This document shows positions 1 to 9,858 of a stretch of DNA of 64,000 nt, piece after piece. The position numbers and the translations under genes were made by a program. The notes beneath the pieces were generated by a model, which was not told the DNA's origin, did no database searches, and was given only the letters and a program-made list of their open reading frames with translations. Origin of the DNA: Nitrospirales bacterium (lineage in GTDB: Bacteria; Nitrospirota; Nitrospiria; Nitrospirales; UBA8639); the NCBI GenBank assembly GCA_020027205.1, contig JAHRAQ010000014.1, forward strand, positions 8,548 through 72,547. The letters are read 5' to 3'. Numbering within the stretch: position 1 is the stretch's first letter; each line of letters begins with the position of its first letter.

Positions 1-23
1 GGGCAAACACCGCCGTCCCCGCC

Positions 24-146
24 TCCTTCCTCCTGTCATTCCCGTCTTTTCCTTCTGTCATCCCCGTCTCTCTCCTTCCGTCATTCCCGCCTTCTCCTTC
101 CGTCATCCCCGTCTTCTCCTTCTGTCACTCCCGCCTCTCTCCTTCC
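24..146. repeat. Tandem half-site array, ~6 copies at 22-23 bp period, unit approx TCCTTCYGTCAYYCCCGYC
   Basis: GTCAT/GTCAC cores at 35, 57, 80, 102, 124, 147; the array runs directly into the REP-like hairpin at 145-184. Confidence 0.8.
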
Positions 147-184
147 GTCATTCCCGACGTTAGTAGTCGGGAATCCATCCTTCT
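145..184 (+). repeat. REP-like hairpin element, family 1 (CCGTCATTCCCGAC-loop-GTCGGGAATCCATCCTTCT)
   Basis: Inverted arms TTCCCGAC / GTCGGGAA around loop gttagta; near-identical copies elsewhere in the window. Confidence 0.85.
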
Positions 185-268
185 GTTCCCATCTTTCCGT
201 TCCCATCTTTCCGTTCCCATCTTTCCGTTCCCATCTTTCTGTTCCCATCTTTCTGTTCCCATCCTTCT
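185..268. repeat. 14-bp tandem repeat x6 (GTTCCCATCTTTCC, last copies slightly diverged)
   Basis: Units at 185, 199, 213, 227, 241, 255; the unit resembles the CCATCCTTCT tail of the adjacent REP element. Confidence 0.9.
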
Positions 269-426
269 GTTGCCTTGTATCGCAACACGTTGTCGGCATC
301 CCCGCGACCGCCACGCCCATCCTTCTGTTTCCTTGTACTGCCAATGACCCCTTACAGACGGATTCCGCGCACCCACCGTTTCCGGCCAACGTCGGCGGCC
401 CCATACCGTTCCATTGACCGCCGTTC

Positions 427-2541
427 ATGCCCGGTGATACCGTGATGCGCATGACCGACACCCGCCCCGCCCGCGCGCCGAATCGCCTCATCCGCGAAAC
501 CAGCCCCTACCTGCTGCAACATGCCTACAACCCCGTGGACTGGCATCCCTGGGGCGAAGAAGCGTTGCAACTCGCCACGGAGCGGGAGGCGCCCATTCTT
601 CTGTCCATCGGCTATTCCGCCTGTCACTGGTGTCATGTGATGGAGCGGGAATCGTTTGAGAACGACGAGATTGCGGCGTTGATGAACCGCCACTACGTCT
701 GCATCAAGGTCGACCGCGAAGAACGCCAGGACCTCGACGAGATTTACATGCAGGCCACCCTCGCCATGAATCATGGACACGGCGGCTGGCCCATGACGGT
801 CTTTCTGACGCCCGACCAGCATCCGATTTTTGCCGGCACGTACTTCCCGCCGACCGACAAATGGGGGCGGCCGGGATTCGGCACGGTGCTCAAACAGATT
901 GCCGACGGATGGGCGACCGACCGCGCCGCCATTGTCGAAAGCGCCGCGCGTTTTGCCGCCCGGCTGCACACGTCCCTGCGCGCCACGTCCCCCGCTGCCG
1001 TGGGGCCGAGGGAGACCGACGCCGCGCTGGAGCAATTTTCGGAGGACTTTGACCCCGTCTACGGCGGGTTCGGCCCGGCGCCAAAGTTTCCGCCGGCCAC
1101 GGGCCTGGCGTTTCTCCTCCGGCGTTCCCATCACACCGGCAACGAGCGCGCCCTGCACATGGTTCGTCACACGCTGGACGCCATGGCGGCCGGCGGCATG
1201 TATGACCACGTTGGGGGCGGCTTTTCCCGCTATTCGACCGACGAAAGATGGCTGGTTCCCCACTTCGAAAAAATGCTCTACGACAACGCGCTGCTGGCCA
1301 AAACTTATCTTGAAACGTTTCAGGCAACGCGCCACCCCGCGTACGAACTCGTGACCCGCGAGATTCTGGATTACATCATCCGGGAAATGACCGCGCCCCA
1401 CGGCGGGTATTATTCCGCCACGGACGCGGATTCGGAGGGCGTCGAAGGCAAGTTTTTTGTCTGGACTCCCGAGCAGATTCGGGACATCGTGCCGTCGGAA
1501 GAGGATGCCGTCAGGTTTTGCGCGTATTACGACATTACGGCGGACGGCAACTGGGAACACACAAACATTCCCCGCACGCCGCGTTCCCCGGCGGAGGTCG
1601 CCGAGCAACTCCACTGCGCCCCGGACGAGTTGCTGAACACCATCGAACGGGTGAAACCGCTGGTCTATCAGGCGCGCCGGCGGCGCGTGCCGCCGGGTCT
1701 GGACGATAAAATCATCACGGCATGGAACGGGATGATGATCAGCGCCATGGCCGAAGCCGCGCGCGTCCTGGACCATGCCCCGTATCGGGACTCCGCCCGC
1801 CGGGCCGCCGATTTTCTGCTCGCCGCGCATTCCCGCCCCGACGGGGGACTGTATCGAACCTCTCGCGGCGACAGAGCCAGGTTCAAGGCGTATCTTGAAG
1901 ATTACGCCTGCCTGATTGAAGCCCTCATCGATCTCTACGAAGTTGGCGGCGAGGAGCGGTATCTTGACGAAGCCGTTCGATTGGGCGACCGGCTGCTGAC
2001 CGACTTTCACGACGAGGAGCAGGGCGGATTTTTTACCACGGCCGCCGACCACGAGTTGCTCATCGCGCGGGGGCGCGAAGGCCCGGACGGCGCCACGCCC
2101 AGCGGCAACGCCGTCGCCGCCATGGCGCTGGCCCGCCTCTCGTTTCACCGGGACCGCGAAGATTTCCGGGACGCCGCCGCGCGGGCCGTCCGGGCCTATG
2201 GGCAACACATCGGCCGCGTGCCGCGGGCCTTCGCCAAGACGTTGATGGCCGCGGAGTTTCTGTCGAACGGACCGGTCGAACTGGCCTTCGTCGGGTCGCC
2301 CCGCGATCCCGAATGCGCCGAACTGCGCCGGGAAGTCGCGCGCCATTTTCTTCCCCACCGCATCATCGCGCATCGCCACCCCGCCGCGCCGGAGTCCCGC
2401 CACCCGCTGCTCCGCGACAAACGGGACGTCAACGGAAGAGCCGCCCTGTACGTGTGTCGAAACTATTCCTGCCAGGCGCCGATTACGCATCCCGAAGACG
2501 TCGCGCGAGCCGTCGCCGCCCCGCCTCAACACGGCGGGTAA
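427..2541 (+). CDS. Thioredoxin-domain protein, DUF255/YyaL-like (thioredoxin fold + six-hairpin/N-acylglucosamine-epimerase-like region)
   Basis: N-terminus [29 protein letters not shown]...[20 protein letters not shown] is the typical family signature; 704-aa ORF; start could be 427, 445 or 451. Confidence 0.85.
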   Translation: MPGDTVMRMTDTRPARAPNRLIRETSPYLLQHAYNPVDWHPWGEEALQLATEREAPILLSIGYSACHWCHVMERESFENDEIAALMNRHYVCIKVDREERQDLDEIYMQATLAMNHGHGGWPMTVFLTPDQHPIFAGTYFPPTDKWGRPGFGTVLKQIADGWATDRAAIVESAARFAARLHTSLRATSPAAVGPRETDAALEQFSEDFDPVYGGFGPAPKFPPATGLAFLLRRSHHTGNERALHMVRHTLDAMAAGGMYDHVGGGFSRYSTDERWLVPHFEKMLYDNALLAKTYLETFQATRHPAYELVTREILDYIIREMTAPHGGYYSATDADSEGVEGKFFVWTPEQIRDIVPSEEDAVRFCAYYDITADGNWEHTNIPRTPRSPAEVAEQLHCAPDELLNTIERVKPLVYQARRRRVPPGLDDKIITAWNGMMISAMAEAARVLDHAPYRDSARRAADFLLAAHSRPDGGLYRTSRGDRARFKAYLEDYACLIEALIDLYEVGGEERYLDEAVRLGDRLLTDFHDEEQGGFFTTAADHELLIARGREGPDGATPSGNAVAAMALARLSFHRDREDFRDAAARAVRAYGQHIGRVPRAFAKTLMAAEFLSNGPVELAFVGSPRDPECAELRREVARHFLPHRIIAHRHPAAPESRHPLLRDKRDVNGRAALYVCRNYSCQAPITHPEDVARAVAAPPQHGG

Positions 2542-2654
2542 CGTCGCCGTGCCCGCCGCCAAGTCGATGACGTCGCCGCATTCATTCGCCATGCCCGTGT
2601 CCCCTCCTTCCGCCATGCCTGTCTTCTCTTTCCGTCATTCCCGCCCATCCCCCT

Positions 2655-2694
2655 CCGTCATTCCCGACATTAGTAGTCGGGAATCCATCCTTCT
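2655..2694 (+). repeat. REP-like hairpin element, family 1
   Basis: CCGTCATTCCCGACattagtaGTCGGGAATCCATCCTTCT. Confidence 0.85.
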
Positions 2695-2727
2695 TTTCCC
2701 TTTCCCCAATTGAGAAGGACGGACAAC

Positions 2728-2767
2728 AGAAAGATGGATTCCCGACAAAAGACGTCGGGAATGACGG
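2728..2767 (-). repeat. REP-like hairpin element, family 1, reverse orientation (different loop)
   Basis: AGAAAGATGGATTCCCGACaaaagacGTCGGGAATGACGG, followed by an extra GTCGGGAATGACGG half-site at 2776-2789. Confidence 0.8.
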
Positions 2768-2808
2768 AGGGGGATGTCGGGAATGACGGAGGGGACGGGT
2801 GACCCCCG

Positions 2809-5484
2809 TCACGCGTTCCGCACCCAGAGATTCCACAGCTGGAACAGATTTTCCCGTTCCCGCGCAAGCGAGTACCGCGCCCACGCGAGCGGAACGGGAT
2901 GTCGATCCCGCGCGCGCCGAATCCAACGCGCGCCGGAGTCCGGGTCGGCGACCACCAGCACCGCGCCGTCGACATCCGTTCGGTACACGCGCATCCGCCG
3001 GTCCCGGTAGGCCCCCACCACCGCCGGGGCCGGATGCCCGTAACGGTTGCCCTGACCGGCGGAGACCACCGCGGCGGTGGCGTTCAACCGTGCAATCCAC
3101 CGTGGATTCAACGAACTCTTTGCCCCGTGATGGGGAATCTTGACGACCGTGGCAGATTGCACCAGCGGATGCTCCGTCAGTCTCTCCAGGGCGTCCACCT
3201 CCGCGTCGGCCGTCAGCAGGATCGAATGCGCGCCGCACGTCACACTCAACACCACCGACAGATTATTCAGGTCGGCGCCGTCGGCATCGCCGGCCATGCG
3301 GCCGCGTTCCGCCGGGGGCGGATTCAGCGAGCGAATCCGGCAACCGCCTTCATCGACAAGGTCCCGCCCCGCCCAGGCGATGTGTTCGACCAGTCCCTTG
3401 TCCCGACCGGCGCGTTCGAGTGCCCGGACGAACGGCTTCCGTCGGTGGACGCCGTTGCCCCAGTACCGCCCAATCTCGAAATGATTGAAAATCCATGGCA
3501 GCCCGCCGATATGATCCAGTTGCGGATGCGTCGCAATGACGTGGTCCAGCCGGCGAATGCCCTGGTCCCACAAATACGGCCCCACCGCCATCTGCCCCAT
3601 GTCCCAACGCTCGTAGGCCGCGCCGCCGTCCACCAGCGCCGTTTGACCATCGGGCAGTTCGATCACCGTGGCGTCGCCCTGCCCGACGTCCAGAAACGTC
3701 ACACGCAACGCATCCGCTTCAAAAGGATGTCTCGGAGACCACACCCACCAGCACAGGCACAGCGCCACCAGGCCCGCGCTCACCCATCGCAGGACTCGTG
3801 CCCGGCCAAAGAACGCCGCGAAGAGGCACAGATAAAATCCCGCCATGGCCAGCACGGACGGCGACGCCACATGCCACCGGGCGCCGGGCATCGAGGCCGC
3901 CGCCCCGATGAACGCGGTCAGGCCGTGCATGACCTCTTGCTGGACCCCGCTCGCGGGCAGGTGGGTCAGACCTCCAAGCAGAACCAGCAACGACGCGCCA
4001 AGCCCCAGCGGCACCACCACCAAGCCGACCAGCGGCACCACAATCGCGTTGGCCGCAAGGCCCATCCAGGCCACCTGATTAAAATAGTACGCCACGAGGG
4101 GCACGGTGGACAGCGTCGCGGCAATGGTCATCACCAGATACCGGCGCGCCCAATGCCGGAGTTTGACCGGCAGGCGGAGCGACGCATCGGCGTCGTCGGC
4201 GTCGCCGATGCCCCCGGCGTTCCTGATGCCCTCGGCATCGCCGGCATCCCGCCCGCTCCACCGCGCCCCCAGGGCAATGGCCAGGACGGAGACGTAGGAC
4301 AGTTGAAAGGAAAGATCATAAATCGCCCTGGGATCAACCAGCGTGGTCAGGAGCGCCGCCAGACTCAACGCGATCAGAATATGCCGTTCGTGTCCGATCC
4401 ACACCGCGAAGAGATACAACAGAAGCATAATCAACGACCGCACCGTCGCCACGTGCGACCCCGACAGCAGCGTGTAAAACACGACCAGCGGAATGGTGAC
4501 CAGCACGGCGAGTTGTTTCGGCGTCAGAATGCAGGACAGTGTTTCCAGCCGGGACGGCGGCAGACGGCGGGCCAGCCCCCGGACACCGAAAAACGACACC
4601 ACGGCCAACAACCCCAGATGCGAACCTGAAATGGAAATGATGTGCACGGTGCCCGTCGTCATAAAATCTTCACGGACCCGCGCGGGGATGTCCCGTTGTT
4701 CTCCGACAATCATGCCCAGAAACAACCCGCGGGCCGGCTGGTCGAACGTGGCGATCGCGGCCTGCCGAACCCGGTGTCTCCACCGGTCGATCCGGCGCCA
4801 GATGCGCGCGCCGACGTCGCCGGCGTCCGGCGGACGCACCCGGATTCGATGGGGGCCTTTGACCGTCGCCACCGCGCGAATGCCGTGATCACGGAGATAC
4901 CGGCCGTAATCAAATCCGCCCGGATTCCGCGTACCGAACGGCGGCCGCACCCTGGCGCGGACGCTCACGCGGTCTCCCCGAAACACCTCGGTATCGGGGT
5001 TGCGCCAGGTGAGACGAAGACGGCCGGACGCGGGACGGCTCGCGCCGTCCGTCTCGACGGAACGCACCGCCACGATCATGGTAATCCGCCCCGGGCTGTG
5101 GGCGACGGGCGCCGCCACGACGCCGGACACGGTGAGGACTCGAGGCTCCACGACGGACAGGACGTCCGCGCGCGCATCGTGCCGCTCGTTCAGCGCCCAG
5201 TACCCCAGGCCGAGCAGGAGACAGGCATAGATCATCAGCCCGCGGCCCGCGGACAACAGGGCCGTCCGCTCACACCGGGACAGCGCCCCGGCCAGGACGA
5301 TCAGCAGTACCAGAACGGTGACGGGAAGAATGGACAGCCAGGACCCCAGAAGAAGCCCCGACACAAAGGCGACAATGCCGACCGGAAAGACCGATGCCGA
5401 CGCAACACCCGTTCCGCCGCTATCCAATGGCGGCCCTGACCACCCCGGCCAACTTTTCCGCGACGTCCCGGATGGTCGAATCAT
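2809..5484 (-). CDS. comEC: DNA internalization-related competence protein ComEC/Rec2 (polytopic membrane region + C-terminal metallo-beta-lactamase domain)
   Basis: Many TM helices; C-terminal VTFLDVGQGDATVIELPDG...VIATHPQLDHIGG...KIPHHGAKSS beta-lactamase-fold motifs. The annotated start overlaps the glmM end by 65 nt, so the true start may be an internal GTG near 5400. Confidence 0.8.
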   Translation of the reverse strand: MIRPSGTSRKSWPGWSGPPLDSGGTGVASASVFPVGIVAFVSGLLLGSWLSILPVTVLVLLIVLAGALSRCERTALLSAGRGLMIYACLLLGLGYWALNERHDARADVLSVVEPRVLTVSGVVAAPVAHSPGRITMIVAVRSVETDGASRPASGRLRLTWRNPDTEVFRGDRVSVRARVRPPFGTRNPGGFDYGRYLRDHGIRAVATVKGPHRIRVRPPDAGDVGARIWRRIDRWRHRVRQAAIATFDQPARGLFLGMIVGEQRDIPARVREDFMTTGTVHIISISGSHLGLLAVVSFFGVRGLARRLPPSRLETLSCILTPKQLAVLVTIPLVVFYTLLSGSHVATVRSLIMLLLYLFAVWIGHERHILIALSLAALLTTLVDPRAIYDLSFQLSYVSVLAIALGARWSGRDAGDAEGIRNAGGIGDADDADASLRLPVKLRHWARRYLVMTIAATLSTVPLVAYYFNQVAWMGLAANAIVVPLVGLVVVPLGLGASLLVLLGGLTHLPASGVQQEVMHGLTAFIGAAASMPGARWHVASPSVLAMAGFYLCLFAAFFGRARVLRWVSAGLVALCLCWWVWSPRHPFEADALRVTFLDVGQGDATVIELPDGQTALVDGGAAYERWDMGQMAVGPYLWDQGIRRLDHVIATHPQLDHIGGLPWIFNHFEIGRYWGNGVHRRKPFVRALERAGRDKGLVEHIAWAGRDLVDEGGCRIRSLNPPPAERGRMAGDADGADLNNLSVVLSVTCGAHSILLTADAEVDALERLTEHPLVQSATVVKIPHHGAKSSLNPRWIARLNATAAVVSAGQGNRYGHPAPAVVGAYRDRRMRVYRTDVDGAVLVVADPDSGARWIRRARDRHPVPLAWARYSLARERENLFQLWNLWVRNA

Positions 5485-6784
5485 CCCGGCCTTCCACCAT
5501 CACCCGCACCAGCGGCTCGGTGCCGGAATGCCGCACCAGAATGCGCCCCGTCCCGTCCAGCCGTGATTCGCCCTCGCCGATCGCCCGTTGCAGTTCGGGA
5601 ATCGAATCCAACGCGCGTTTGTCCCGCACGGTGACGTCGCGCATGACTTGAGGCACGGGGTCCATGCAGGTGATGAGTTCGGAAAGCGGAGTCCCGGAGC
5701 GTTTGATCAATTCGAGCACCTGCATCCCGGAAATCAATCCGTCGCCGCTGGTGTGGTGGTCAAGAAAAATGACGTGGCCCGACGGCTCTCCGCCCAGGTT
5801 ATAGCCGTCCGCCACCATGCGTTCGAGGATATACCGGTCGCCGACCGGCGTTCGGAACAACTCGATCCCGGCCTCGCGCATCGCCAGTTCCAATCCAAAG
5901 TTGCTCATCACGGTGCCCACGACGGTCCCGCGCTTGAGTTGACCCCGGCGGTGCAAGTCCAGAGCGAGGGCGGCCAGAATCCGGTCGCCGTGCGCCACCT
6001 CGCCCCGCGCCGTCACAAACACCGCCCGGTCGCCGTCGCCGTCCAACGCAATGCCGACGTCGCCGTGACCGGCCAGCACGGCCTCTTGCAACCGCTCCGG
6101 CGCAAGCGCCCCGTACCCCGCGTTGATGTTGGTGCCGTTCGGCGCGTCCCCAATCACGGAGACGTCGGCGCCAAGTTCCCGCACCACCGTGGGCAGGACG
6201 GAATATCCGGCGCCATGCGCGCAATCCAGCACCACCTTCATCCCCTGAAAATCCGCCTCGCGCGGCAGCGACCGTTTGACGAATTCAATGTAGCGGCCCA
6301 GGGCGTCGTCGATGCGAAACGCTTTGCCGATGTCGTCCGCCGTCGGACGAAGATGCTCGATCTCGTCCGACACGAGCAAAGATTCAATGCGAGATTCGAG
6401 CCGGTCGGGCAGTTTGAGGCCGTCGTTGGAAAAAAACTTGATGCCGTTGTCCTGATAGGGATTGTGCGAGGCCGAAATCATCACCCCGGCGTCGGCGCGC
6501 AGACTGCGCGTCAAAAAGGCCACGCCGGGCGACGGGATCGGCCCCACCAGCAACACGTCGACGCCCATGGAGCAGATGCCGGAGGTCAGCGCCGACTCCA
6601 GCATGTAGCCGGACAGCCGGGTGTCTTTCCCGATGACAATTTGGTGACGCCCGTCCCGGCGTTTGAACACATGCGCCACGGCGCGGCCCAACTTCAAGGC
6701 CGTTTCGCTCGTCATGGGTTCCCGATTCGCGATGCCCCGCACGCCGTCGGTGCCGAACAACCGCCTCGGATGTTCCTCCGCCAT
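5420..6784 (-). CDS. glmM: Phosphoglucosamine mutase
   Basis: FGTDGVRGIANREPMT, active-site SASHNPYQDNGIKFF, DGDGDR metal-binding loop. Confidence 0.95.
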   Translation of the reverse strand: MAEEHPRRLFGTDGVRGIANREPMTSETALKLGRAVAHVFKRRDGRHQIVIGKDTRLSGYMLESALTSGICSMGVDVLLVGPIPSPGVAFLTRSLRADAGVMISASHNPYQDNGIKFFSNDGLKLPDRLESRIESLLVSDEIEHLRPTADDIGKAFRIDDALGRYIEFVKRSLPREADFQGMKVVLDCAHGAGYSVLPTVVRELGADVSVIGDAPNGTNINAGYGALAPERLQEAVLAGHGDVGIALDGDGDRAVFVTARGEVAHGDRILAALALDLHRRGQLKRGTVVGTVMSNFGLELAMREAGIELFRTPVGDRYILERMVADGYNLGGEPSGHVIFLDHHTSGDGLISGMQVLELIKRSGTPLSELITCMDPVPQVMRDVTVRDKRALDSIPELQRAIGEGESRLDGTGRILVRHSGTEPLVRVMVEGRDDSTIRDVAEKLAGVVRAAIG

Positions 6785-6795
6785 GCCGCCCTCCG

Positions 6796-7647
6796 TCAGG
6801 TTCCGGCAATGGATGCCGACATGCGCACCACCGCGCGCATCGATCCGACGTCGTGCACGCGAACCATGTGCGCCCCGCCCAGCACCGCGGCCGCGACGGC
6901 CGCGGCGGTCCCCATGGCGCGCCGCCGCACGGGGTCGCCGGTGACCGCGCCGATAAAGGATTTGTTCGACACGCCGACCAGCAGCGGACGGCCCAGCCGA
7001 TGCAGCGACCGCAGCCCTTTCAGCAACGCCAGATTGTGCCGCGCCTGTTTTGCAAACCCGATGCCCGGATCGAGAATCATCTGCTCGCGGGCGATGCCGG
7101 CGGCCTCCGCCCGCCGCACGCGGGCGCCGAGTTCGTCGCCGACTTCCTCGACCACGTTGTCATAGCGGCAGTACCGCTGCATGGTGCGCGGCGTGCCCCG
7201 CATATGCATCAGCACCAGCCCGGCGCCGGCGCGCGCGACCACGGACGCCATGCGGGGATCATGCCGCAACGCGCTCACGTCGTTGACGATGACCGCGCCC
7301 CAGTCAATGGCCCGTTCCGCCACGCCGGCCTTGCGGGTGTCCACGGAAATGGGCACCGTCGCCCGTTTGCCGACAACTTCCAGCACCGGCCGCAGACGCC
7401 GCAGTTCCTCCCGTTCATCAATCGCCTCCGCGCCCGGCCGCGTGGATTCGGCGCCGACGTCGATCACGTCGGCGCCCTCGCCGACCATCTGTTCAAAATG
7501 CTCCAGAGCGCGTTGCGGCTCCAGAAACCGCCCGCCGTCGGCAAAGGAGTCCGGCGTCACATTCAGGATTCCCACGACCAGAACGCGCGGTGACAGGGCA
7601 ATGCGGACGTGGCAGGCTCGGATGTGCGCGGCGTGTATGTCATCCAT
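6796..7647 (-). CDS. folP: Dihydropteroate synthase
   Basis: VGILNVTPDSFADGGRF and Pterin-binding fold motifs. Track ORF extends to 7827, but ATG at 7647 has GGGAAG 4 nt upstream and gives the usual N-terminal length. Confidence 0.85.
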   Translation of the reverse strand: MDDIHAAHIRACHVRIALSPRVLVVGILNVTPDSFADGGRFLEPQRALEHFEQMVGEGADVIDVGAESTRPGAEAIDEREELRRLRPVLEVVGKRATVPISVDTRKAGVAERAIDWGAVIVNDVSALRHDPRMASVVARAGAGLVLMHMRGTPRTMQRYCRYDNVVEEVGDELGARVRRAEAAGIAREQMILDPGIGFAKQARHNLALLKGLRSLHRLGRPLLVGVSNKSFIGAVTGDPVRRRAMGTAAAVAAAVLGGAHMVRVHDVGSMRAVVRMSASIAGT

Positions 7648-7842
7648 GAGACTTCCCGCAGCGTTGCCGTGCCCGGCGCCCCGCACAGAATCGCTCGCCA
7701 TGTTCAGGGAAAGAGGTTGCACCGACGTGCCACGAAGACGGGGCCGCGGGGCCGCGCAACCGCAAGGCCACGTAGCCGCAAGGCGGGTGGCCTGTCCCGC
7801 ACAGGTCACACGGAACCGAGCCGGCAAGAACAGAGCGCGGCG

Positions 7843-9660
7843 TCAGACCTGCGCCGGCTCACGGAACAAGGCCCCCTGGTTCATGATCCGGTCAATTTCC
7901 AGGGAGTCCAGCACTTCTTTTTCGAGCAGGGCCTCGGCCAGCGCCCGCAGCGTATGAATATGTTCCGTGAGCATGCTCCTGGCCCGTTCATAGGCTTCCA
8001 CGACCAGGCGTTTGACTTCGTGGTCAATTTCCAGCGCCACCTGCTCGCTGAAATCCCGGCGGGACTGAATTTCCCTGCCCAGGAAAATTTCTTCATCTTT
8101 TTTGCCGAAGGCCAGCGGCCCCAGTTTCGCGCTCAACCCCCACTCGCAGACCATTTTCCGGGCGAGTTCGGTGGCCCGCTCAATGTCGTTGCCCGCGCCG
8201 GTGGTGACGTTTTTCAGAATCAGTTCTTCCGCCACGCGGCCGCCCAGCAGAATGGACAGCGTGTTATACAGAAAATCTTCGGAATAACTGTGCCGGTCAT
8301 CGATGGGCAGTTGCATGGTCATGCCCATCGCGCGCCCCCGTGGAATAATCGTCACTTTGTGGACCGGGTCGGCGCCCGGCAGCAGTTTCGCCATGAGTGC
8401 GTGGCCCGCCTCGTGGTACGCCGTGGTGCGTTTTTCTTCTTCGCTCAAGACCATGCTCTTGCGTTCGGCCCCCATCATGACTTTGTCTTTCGCGTTTTCA
8501 AAATCGACGAGTTCGACCAGTTTCTTGTCCAACCGCGCCGCCCACAGCGCCGCCTCATTGACAAGATTTTCCAAATCGGCGCCCGAAAACCCCGGCGTAC
8601 CCCTGGCAATCTGCTCCAGCGTCACGTCGTCCGCCACGGGCACTTTCCTGGTGTGTACTTTGAGAATCTCCATGCGCCCCCGCACGTCGGGACGGTTGAC
8701 AATCACCTGGCGGTCGAAGCGGCCGGGCCGCAACAGAGCCGGGTCGAGCACGTCGGGACGGTTGGTGGCGGCGACCAGGATCACGCCTTCGGTCGTGTCA
8801 AACCCGTCCATCTCCACCAGGAGTTGATTGAGGGTTTGTTCGCGTTCGTCGTGCCCCCCGCCCAACCCCGCGCCGCGCAGCCGGCCCACCGCGTCGATTT
8901 CGTCAATGAACACAATGCAGGGCGCGTGTTTTTTCCCCTGCTCAAACAAATCGCGGACCCGCGAAGCCCCCACCCCCACGAACATTTCCACAAAGTCGGA
9001 CCCGCTGATGCTGAAGAACGGGGCGCCCGCTTCTCCGGCAATCGCTTTCGCCAACAGGGTTTTGCCCGTGCCCGGAGGGCCGACAATCAGCACCCCTTTG
9101 GGGATGCGCCCTCCCAACTTCTGAAACTTTTGCGGGTCCTTCAGAAACTCGATGATTTCAACGACTTCTTCCTTGGCCTCGTCCACGCCGGCCACGTCGG
9201 CAAACGTCACTTTTTTCTTTTCCTCGGTCAGGAGGCGGGCACGGCTTTTGCCGAACGACAGGGCGCGATTCCCGCCGACCTGCATTTGCCGCATGAGAAA
9301 AAACCAAAGCCCCAGAAACAGAATGAACGGCCCCCACGTCACCAGAAACCTGATATACCAGGGGCTTTCATCCGGCGGCACGGCTTCGATTTGCACGGAT
9401 TGTTCCCGCAGCGTTTTGACCAGATCGGGATATTCCACGGTATAGGTGCGAATCCGGTTCCCGTCTTTCAACACCGCGTTGATCCGGTTATCCGTCATCG
9501 TGACTTTCGCCACGTCCCCCCGCTCAAGATGGGCCATAAAGTCGCTGAACATCACCTCTTCCTCCGGAAAAGGGGACGGCACCGTGAACAGGTTGAACAG
9601 CACGATCATGAAAAACCCGACCACCACCCAAAACAGCAGATTTTTCGCCCGGGAGTTCAT
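7843..9660 (-). CDS. ftsH: ATP-dependent zinc metalloprotease FtsH
   Basis: N-terminal TM, Walker A GPPGTGKT, Walker [13 protein letters not shown], zinc site HEAGHAL. Confidence 0.95.
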   Translation of the reverse strand: MNSRAKNLLFWVVVGFFMIVLFNLFTVPSPFPEEEVMFSDFMAHLERGDVAKVTMTDNRINAVLKDGNRIRTYTVEYPDLVKTLREQSVQIEAVPPDESPWYIRFLVTWGPFILFLGLWFFLMRQMQVGGNRALSFGKSRARLLTEEKKKVTFADVAGVDEAKEEVVEIIEFLKDPQKFQKLGGRIPKGVLIVGPPGTGKTLLAKAIAGEAGAPFFSISGSDFVEMFVGVGASRVRDLFEQGKKHAPCIVFIDEIDAVGRLRGAGLGGGHDEREQTLNQLLVEMDGFDTTEGVILVAATNRPDVLDPALLRPGRFDRQVIVNRPDVRGRMEILKVHTRKVPVADDVTLEQIARGTPGFSGADLENLVNEAALWAARLDKKLVELVDFENAKDKVMMGAERKSMVLSEEEKRTTAYHEAGHALMAKLLPGADPVHKVTIIPRGRAMGMTMQLPIDDRHSYSEDFLYNTLSILLGGRVAEELILKNVTTGAGNDIERATELARKMVCEWGLSAKLGPLAFGKKDEEIFLGREIQSRRDFSEQVALEIDHEVKRLVVEAYERARSMLTEHIHTLRALAEALLEKEVLDSLEIDRIMNQGALFREPAQV

Positions 9661-9858
9661 CCAGATACGTTCCTTTGTCCGATAATGTTCGAGTTAACCG
9701 GCCCGTCACTTCGCCACCGCCGCCGGCGGCGAATCACACGACGTGATCAATCCCGCAATATACCACGGCAACGCCGCCTCTGCAAACACGGCCCCGCACG
9801 GACTTCCCTCCCGCGCCGTTGCGTAACGGCGTCATCTCACAATACGCATCCCGCCGTT

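Noticed and set aside
24-268. Possible CRISPR array
   Set aside because: Units are 14 and 22-23 bp with no unique spacers between them and no cas genes in the window; these are simple tandem repeats derived from REP ends.
352-2616. 754-aa ORF on the - strand covering the whole DUF255 gene
   Set aside because: Antisense to a gene with a clear family signature; the product is Gly/Arg/Ala/Val-rich low complexity with no motif. Typical open antisense frame of GC-rich DNA.
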